Position numbers and translations under genes: made by a program
The notes under the pieces: generated by a model
The model's input: the letters and a program-made list of their open reading frames with translations, nothing else
Told to the model about the DNA's origin: nothing
Database searches by the model: none
Shown: positions 58,344 to 64,000 of the stretch, piece after piece
How the letters are laid out: each line of letters opens with the position of its first letter
Numbering within the stretch: the first letter of the stretch is position 1
Assembly (NCBI GenBank): GCA_963701305.1
Contig: OY969586.1
Coordinates: 345,360-409,359 of the forward strand
Direction of reading: 5' to 3'
DNA: 64,000 nucleotides
Source of the DNA: Candidatus Aminicenantes bacterium
GTDB taxonomy: Bacteria; Acidobacteriota; Aminicenantia; Aminicenantales; CAVYOD01

Positions 58344-58346
58344 GCC

Positions 58347-59942
58347 CTAGTTCCTTTTCTTTTTCCGGGCTTCCTGAATGCATTCGCGAAAAGAGACGAT
58401 CACGGAAAGGCCATGATAGGCGATCTCTTTCCCGAGGATCTCGACATTCGCGGCCAAGTTCTTGGGCAAAGGCTCGATAGTCCGGATGTGCTCCTTGGGG
58501 ACGCCGAGGCCTTCGATCATCCGGATGAGCTTTTGCCCGGATCCGTAACTCGCCTGGCCGCCGGTCATGGCCACGGTAGAATTATCCAGGATGAGGACCG
58601 TCATATCGGTGTTGGCCTCGGCCGCATCGAGGAGGGGCGTCAATCCGGAATGGGCAAAGGTTGAGTCGCCGATCGCCGCTACCGATGGATGGATACCCGC
58701 CTCGGCTCCCCCCTTGGCCATGCTGATGGACGCCCCCATGCAGACGCAGGTATCCACCGCGTTGTAGGGAGGGAAAGCGCCGAGAGTATAACAGCCGATG
58801 TCGCTGAAGACCCTGGCGCCAGGATGGTCCTCGAGCGCCTTGTTGAGCGCCTTGAAGGTGTCGGCATGAGGACATCCGACACAGAGCTGCGGCGGACGCG
58901 CGGCCAATTTGAGCTCACCGGCGGGGGCCGCTTCCCGGCGCGGTAAACCCAATGCCTTTCGAACGATCTCGGGCGAAAGCTCCCCGTCCGGAGGAATGTG
59001 ACCTGTCAATTTCCCCTTGACTGTCTTTTCGCACAGCCCGAACAGACCGCCGAGGTCCCTCTCGATCAGGGGGGATCCCTCCTCGACAACGAGGATGGAC
59101 TCGACATGGTCGACGAGCTTTTTGATCAAGCCTTTGGGCAAGGGGTAGGTTGAGATCTTGAGGATCGAGGGCCGCTGCGCTTCGCCCCTGAGGCTTTCGA
59201 GGACGTAATTGTGGGCGATCCCCGAGGCGATGATACCGAGCGACCGGCTGTCGTCGCTCAAGGTGAGCCGATTGAAAACGGATTCATCGGACTGGCGCGT
59301 CATCCCGTCCTGCTTCTCCAGAAGCAACCGATAGCGCCGCCGCGCGTTGACGGGAAGCAGGGTCCAATCAACGGGGGCGCCGAGGCGGAGCTCGTTCTGA
59401 GCACGCGGCTCATCGGGTAAGACAGAGGAGCGGCTGTGCGCCAGCCTGGTAACCATTCGGATCATGACCGGCAGTCCCGATTTTTCGGAGAGGTCGAAGG
59501 CCTGGCGGGTCATATCGTAAGCTTCCTGGTGATCGGAGGGCTCGAAGCAAAAGATCTGGGCGAACCGAGCGTAGAAACGGCTATCTTGCTCATTCTGGGA
59601 ACTATGCATGCCCGGGTCGTCTGCGCTCACCACGATGAGCCCTCCTCCGGCCCCGGTCATGGCAGAGTTCATGAACGGATCGGCGGCGACATTGAGCCCG
59701 ACGTGCTTCATCGAGACCAGCGTCCGTTTCCCGGCAAAAGACACGCCGAGCGCTTCCTCGTAGGCGACTTTTTCATTGACACACCAGGAAGCTTTGAACT
59801 TTTTCCCGTCATCCGAGGCCCGGATCAGGTATTCCATGACCTCCGAAGCCGGTGTCCCAGGGTAGGAATAGCCCGCCGTCAGTCCGGCGTGAATGGCTCC
59901 CAGAGCTACGGCCTCATCGCCCAGCAGGATTTCTGTTTTCAT
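58347..59942 (-). CDS. iorA: Indolepyruvate:ferredoxin oxidoreductase alpha subunit
   Basis: YPGTP, MKHVGLNVAAD, SSQNEQD, CVGCPH, DIGCY, GDSTF.HSG. Confidence 0.94.
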   Translation of the reverse strand: MKTEILLGDEAVALGAIHAGLTAGYSYPGTPASEVMEYLIRASDDGKKFKASWCVNEKVAYEEALGVSFAGKRTLVSMKHVGLNVAADPFMNSAMTGAGGGLIVVSADDPGMHSSQNEQDSRFYARFAQIFCFEPSDHQEAYDMTRQAFDLSEKSGLPVMIRMVTRLAHSRSSVLPDEPRAQNELRLGAPVDWTLLPVNARRRYRLLLEKQDGMTRQSDESVFNRLTLSDDSRSLGIIASGIAHNYVLESLRGEAQRPSILKISTYPLPKGLIKKLVDHVESILVVEEGSPLIERDLGGLFGLCEKTVKGKLTGHIPPDGELSPEIVRKALGLPRREAAPAGELKLAARPPQLCVGCPHADTFKALNKALEDHPGARVFSDIGCYTLGAFPPYNAVDTCVCMGASISMAKGGAEAGIHPSVAAIGDSTFAHSGLTPLLDAAEANTDMTVLILDNSTVAMTGGQASYGSGQKLIRMIEGLGVPKEHIRTIEPLPKNLAANVEILGKEIAYHGLSVIVSFRECIQEARKKKRN

Positions 59943-60025
59943 GGATTAGTCCTTCGCTTTCCGCAGTCTCAAAACATACAATCTCCGCGGGCGGGTGTCA
60001 AGCCGCAGGCAAGGACGGTCTTGGT

Positions 60026-60125
60026 CGTCGTTTCGTCCTATCGTCATCTCGCCAAAAAAAGAACAAACCAATATAAAAAAACCATCTCCACCGATGACGT
60101 GAGAGACGTGACGACGAGAGAGGCG
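60026..60125. repeat. Opposed 8-mer (GAGATGAC-type) arrays
   Basis: Minus strand GAGATGAC GATAGGAC GAAACGAC (60026-60050); plus strand ...GTGACGAC GAGAGAGG (60092-60125). Confidence 0.6.
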
Positions 60126-60246
60126 GTTTTTATTTCTCACCAAATAGATATAATTTATAGAATCTATAAATTTATGTTGAAATGGGCGTTCGCTTGGACT
60201 AGAATCGAAGCAGGTTATCGATCCTTTCGGTGATGAGGAGTCATCC

Positions 60247-60708
60247 ATGATCAAATTGTCGACCAAGGGCAGGTATGGGACCAGGCTAATGTTGAACCTG
60301 GCCCTCCACTATCAGACCGGCAACGAGGCCCTGATCCTGAGAAACATCGCCGGCGAGGAGGAAATCTCGATTCGCTATCTCGAACAGATCATCATCCCTC
60401 TCAAGATCAACCGACTGGTCAAGAGCGTCCGGGGAGCGGGGGGCGGCTACTCCCTGACCCGAAAGCCCTCCCAGATCAGAGTCGGCGAAATCCTCGAAGC
60501 TCTGGAGGGACCTATCTGTCTCGTGGATTGCATCAACGATCCTGATTTGTGCGGGCGACTCCCCCTCTGCGCGACCTTCGAAATCTGGAAGGCCGGCTCC
60601 GATTTGCTCAAGGGCTATTTCGACAAGATCACTCTGCAGGACCTTCTCGAAATCGCTCAGAAGAAAGAAAAAAAACCCAGAGAAAAACAAAAATCCAAGA
60701 GTCACTAG
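60247..60708 (+). CDS. Rrf2-family transcriptional regulator (IscR/CymR-like, Cys-containing)
   Basis: LSTKGRYG, YLEQI, SVRGAGGGY, C-X6-C-X5-C. Confidence 0.93.
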   Translation: MIKLSTKGRYGTRLMLNLALHYQTGNEALILRNIAGEEEISIRYLEQIIIPLKINRLVKSVRGAGGGYSLTRKPSQIRVGEILEALEGPICLVDCINDPDLCGRLPLCATFEIWKAGSDLLKGYFDKITLQDLLEIAQKKEKKPREKQKSKSH

Positions 60709-60830
60709 AACCGGCCCTCGGGCGCCGCGACCGCCCGTCGGCGCGCCCCTTCCCGGGTCTGTTGCCAACCGAGGTCGAATAACCGCTTGTTAACTATTCC
60801 GATAAATTTTACAATAATAATCGATTTGAT

Positions 60831-62315
60831 ATGGACGTCAGAATAAAGGCCTGGAGCCTCAAGCACAAGATCGTCCTCCACGTGGTCGTCATCGGGGCTC
60901 TCACAGCGCTTGTCCTGTCTTACCTCTTTATCAATACCCAGAGAAGTGTTGTCCGCACCATGAGTCAGCAGAAACTCGAGCTCATCTCCCCGTTGATCGA
61001 GAAGAGCCTCTATCTGTTCATGAAGGAGGGACGGATCACCAATCTGGAATCAACCCTGGAGGAGATTGCGGCCTCCCACGATATCCAGAAGATCAGGATC
61101 ATCAATCGGCAGGGAAGGATCCTCCATTCCTCCGAAATCAAGGAGGTCGGAGGATCGGAAGACAGCCGGCACGTCCGGCGCTGGAATGATTTTCTCCTCC
61201 AGCGGGAACGCTCCCGGATCTTTTTCGTCAAGTCACCGACCATGATTCAGGGCCTCTCCCTTATCGAAAACAAAGGCGCCTGCCTCGGCTGTCACTCTGA
61301 TCAAACGGCCGTCAGCGGAATCCTGGAAGTGGCCGTCGATTATTCAGCCACGGCAGCGCTTCTGAAGAGAAGCCAGTTCAAGGCCATCCTGCTGGCTTTT
61401 TTCTCCTTGGCCACCGTGACCTTTGTCATCCTGCGCCTTTTCGACAAGCTCATCAACCGGCCCATCTCTCAACTCAAAAACAAGATGAAGAAGGTCGAGG
61501 AGGGAGACCTGTCGATCCCGTTATCTTCCTCCGGCAGCGACGAAATCGGGGGTCTCTCCCGCTCTTTTGAGATCATGGTCCAAAAACTGAAAGACTCCAA
61601 TCGGCAGATCCACGAGCTCTTCGACAAGCAGATGGAGAAGGCGGAACACCTGGCCTCGATTGGGGAGCTCGCAGCCGGGCTGGCCCACGAGATCAGGAAC
61701 CCGATTGCCGGGATCATGGGCGCCTTGGAAATCATTACCGCCAAGACCGAGGCTTCCGACCCCCGGAAGGAGATCTTCTCCGAGATGCATCTTCAGATCG
61801 TGAAGATCAACAACATCATCCAGGACCTCCTGAGCTACGCCAAGCCCAGAGAGATAAGTCTCAGTCTGGTTGAACCGGATGAGTGCGTCCGCAACGCCAT
61901 CAGGCTGGCCGAGCCCCAGGTCAAGAACAAGGAAATTATCTTCCGATTTAAAGGACTGGGCAACGGCCATCTCGCCCGCCTCGACGCCGACAAGATCCAG
62001 GAGGTTTTGTTGAACCTGATGCTGAACAGCATCTCGGCCATCCCGGAGCGGGGGGGGATTTTCGTCGAGCTCCTCAAAAAGGACGAAAGAGACCTCCGGA
62101 TCGTCTTCACTGATGACGGAACAGGGATCAGAGAAGACGTTCTGCCTCATATCTTCACGCCCTTTTTCACGACCAAGAGCGGAGGAACCGGGCTGGGGCT
62201 CTCCATCTGCAAGAAGATCATCGAGGCCCATGCCGGTTCCATCCTGGTGAAGAGTGCCGTGGGGCACGGAACGACTTTTTTGATCAACCTTCCCGTTCTG
62301 CAATCCGGCGGGTGA
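60831..62315 (+). CDS. Membrane sensor histidine kinase with a periplasmic CxxCH motif
   Basis: Two TM segments, CLGCH, HAMP, AHEIRNP H-box, N/G1/F/G2 boxes. Confidence 0.93.
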   Translation: MDVRIKAWSLKHKIVLHVVVIGALTALVLSYLFINTQRSVVRTMSQQKLELISPLIEKSLYLFMKEGRITNLESTLEEIAASHDIQKIRIINRQGRILHSSEIKEVGGSEDSRHVRRWNDFLLQRERSRIFFVKSPTMIQGLSLIENKGACLGCHSDQTAVSGILEVAVDYSATAALLKRSQFKAILLAFFSLATVTFVILRLFDKLINRPISQLKNKMKKVEEGDLSIPLSSSGSDEIGGLSRSFEIMVQKLKDSNRQIHELFDKQMEKAEHLASIGELAAGLAHEIRNPIAGIMGALEIITAKTEASDPRKEIFSEMHLQIVKINNIIQDLLSYAKPREISLSLVEPDECVRNAIRLAEPQVKNKEIIFRFKGLGNGHLARLDADKIQEVLLNLMLNSISAIPERGGIFVELLKKDERDLRIVFTDDGTGIREDVLPHIFTPFFTTKSGGTGLGLSICKKIIEAHAGSILVKSAVGHGTTFLINLPVLQSGG

Positions 62316-63700
62316 TCATGACCAAAAAAAAGATTCTGATCGTCGACGACGAGAAATTGATCCGCTGGAGCCTGCGGCAGCGATTGTCCGAGTGGGGTTT
62401 GGAAGTCGCCGAAGCCGAGAACGCTCGGGACGCCCTCCGGATCGCTCAGGAAGAGCTGCCCGATATGGTCATGCTGGACATGAGGCTCCCGGACGCAAGC
62501 GGTCTGGATGTCCTGGAGGAACTCAAAAAAACCTGGCCTGAACTTCCGATCGTCATGATCACCGCCTACGGCGTCATCGACGATGCCGTGGCGGCCATGC
62601 GCAAGGGGGCGTACGATTTCATCACCAAGCCCATCGATTATGCTAAGTTGTCGAGCGCGGTCAAGAACGCCCTCGAGAGCGCTTCTCTTAAAAAAGAGAT
62701 CGCATACTACAAAGAGCGGGAAGAAAAAGAGTTCGCCCTGTCCCAAATTGTCGCCGTCTCCTTGGAGATGAAGAGTGTCCTGGAGATGGTCAAGAAAATC
62801 GCAGCCAGCGAGGTCTCGATCGTCCTGCTCCAGGGCGAAAGCGGCACAGGAAAAGACGTTTTGGCCCACGCCATCCATGGACTGAGCAGGCGCAAAGAGT
62901 TTCCCTTTCTCGCAGTCAATTGCTCGGCCATTCCGGAGAACCTTCTGGAGAGCGAACTCTTCGGCTTTGAGAAAGGGGCCTTCACCGACGCCAAACAGCA
63001 GAAAAAAGGCTTGGTCGAAACCGCCGAGGGAGGGACCGTGTTCTTTGACGAGATCAGCACGCTCGGCCTTCACCTTCAGGCAAAACTCCTGAGATTTCTG
63101 GAAACCCAATCCTTCAAGCGCGTCGGCGGCCTCAAGGACATCGAGGTTGATCTCCGCGTCCTCGCCGCCACAAACCAGGACCTCGAAGGATTGATGCGGG
63201 AAGGAAAGTTCCGGAGCGACCTTTTCTACCGACTGAACGTCTGCCCCATATCTCTTCCCCCGCTGCGGAAACGCAGGGAGGATATCCTGCCACTGGTCAA
63301 TCATTTTATCGGCCATTTCAATATCAAATTCCGGAAAAACATTTCCAGGCTCTCTCCCGAGGCGGAGAAGGCCCTGATCCTGCACGATTGGCCAGGAAAC
63401 GTTCGGGAGCTAAGGAATGCCGTGGAGAGGGCGATGATTTTCGAGGAAGGTCCGGTCATCCAACATAAGCACCTGCCCATTCCCCTCGGCAAGGCATCGG
63501 AGCCGGCTGCCCGGCCGATCGGCGGAGAGGTTCACGATAAAATCTTGTCTCTGCCCGAAACGGAGAAGACTCTTATCCTCAGGGCGCTCAAGGAATCCGG
63601 CAGGAATCAATCCCGGGCCGCCCGTCTTTTGGACATCAGCCGTGACACGCTAAGATACAAGATCAAAAAATTCAAGATCCAACCTGAAGACGTCGGCTGA
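62312..63700 (+). CDS. sigma54-dependent response regulator (NtrC family)
   Basis: Receiver domain; GESGTGK, GAFTDA (GAFTGA variant), WPGNVREL, Fis-type HTH. Confidence 0.95.
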   Translation: MIMTKKKILIVDDEKLIRWSLRQRLSEWGLEVAEAENARDALRIAQEELPDMVMLDMRLPDASGLDVLEELKKTWPELPIVMITAYGVIDDAVAAMRKGAYDFITKPIDYAKLSSAVKNALESASLKKEIAYYKEREEKEFALSQIVAVSLEMKSVLEMVKKIAASEVSIVLLQGESGTGKDVLAHAIHGLSRRKEFPFLAVNCSAIPENLLESELFGFEKGAFTDAKQQKKGLVETAEGGTVFFDEISTLGLHLQAKLLRFLETQSFKRVGGLKDIEVDLRVLAATNQDLEGLMREGKFRSDLFYRLNVCPISLPPLRKRREDILPLVNHFIGHFNIKFRKNISRLSPEAEKALILHDWPGNVRELRNAVERAMIFEEGPVIQHKHLPIPLGKASEPAARPIGGEVHDKILSLPETEKTLILRALKESGRNQSRAARLLDISRDTLRYKIKKFKIQPEDVG

Positions 63701-63827
63701 AAGCGTCTATTTCGTCATCTCGCTGTCTTGTGGTTTCGGCATCTTATCGTTATTCCCATATCCATTAGGAACTACCTGGATTTGCTCCGATTCCCGGCTC
63801 AGGTTTATAATTGTATTGAGGAGAAAT

Positions 63828-63862
63828 TGGGTGAGGCCACCCAGACTGGGCTAAATCCCCCA
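63828..63862. promoter_or_regulatory. Candidate enhancer-binding-protein sites (tandem palindromes)
   Basis: TGGG-N8-CCCA at 63828-63843 and 63847-63862, about 100 bp upstream of a sigma54 promoter. Confidence 0.55.
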
Positions 63863-63954
63863 AGTGTTGGCTAAGGTGGTTTGCGGGATGACTGAGAAGA
63901 AATTTATTTGATTTATAATCAATATGATACAAACAGAAGGAAAGCTAACTGAAT

Positions 63955-63970
63955 TGGCCCGAATCTTGCA
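63955..63970 (+). promoter_or_regulatory. sigma54 -24/-12 promoter
   Basis: TGGCCCGAATCTTGCA versus consensus TGGCACGnnnnTTGCW. Confidence 0.78.
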
Positions 63971-64000
63971 GCTTAATCCGTGGAGCCTTGGACCATTGGC

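Overview
A mostly housekeeping, GC-rich chromosomal segment from an anaerobic, probably diderm, peptide-fermenting bacterium. The gene content suggests Ca. Aminicenantia/Acidobacteriota; this is inference only. It carries gcvH/gcvT, argS, a Gld-like ABC operon, mutY, fprA, a YfiR/GGDEF pair, serS with two tRNA-Ser genes, cobO, a large Alu-containing SRP RNA, secreted peptidases (M14, M16, DUF885, serine hydrolase), tkt, dgt, yggS, iorAB with an ADP-forming acyl-CoA synthetase, an Rrf2 regulator and a heme-c sensor kinase/sigma54 activator pair. There are two small accessory toxin-antitoxin islets. One is HTH-MNT/HEPN, next to two gene remnants. The other is HTH-DUF4065/RelE-like, next to an orphan gene. 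I found no CRISPR array, integrase, transposase or reverse transcriptase. The least explained signal is non-coding. A ~350-390 bp structured element occurs twice, with a G-U-biased terminal stem and compensatory changes. There are also dispersed inverted arrays of 7-mer and 8-mer repeats and further GC-rich palindromic repeat families. All calls come from reading the sequence; no database searches were run.
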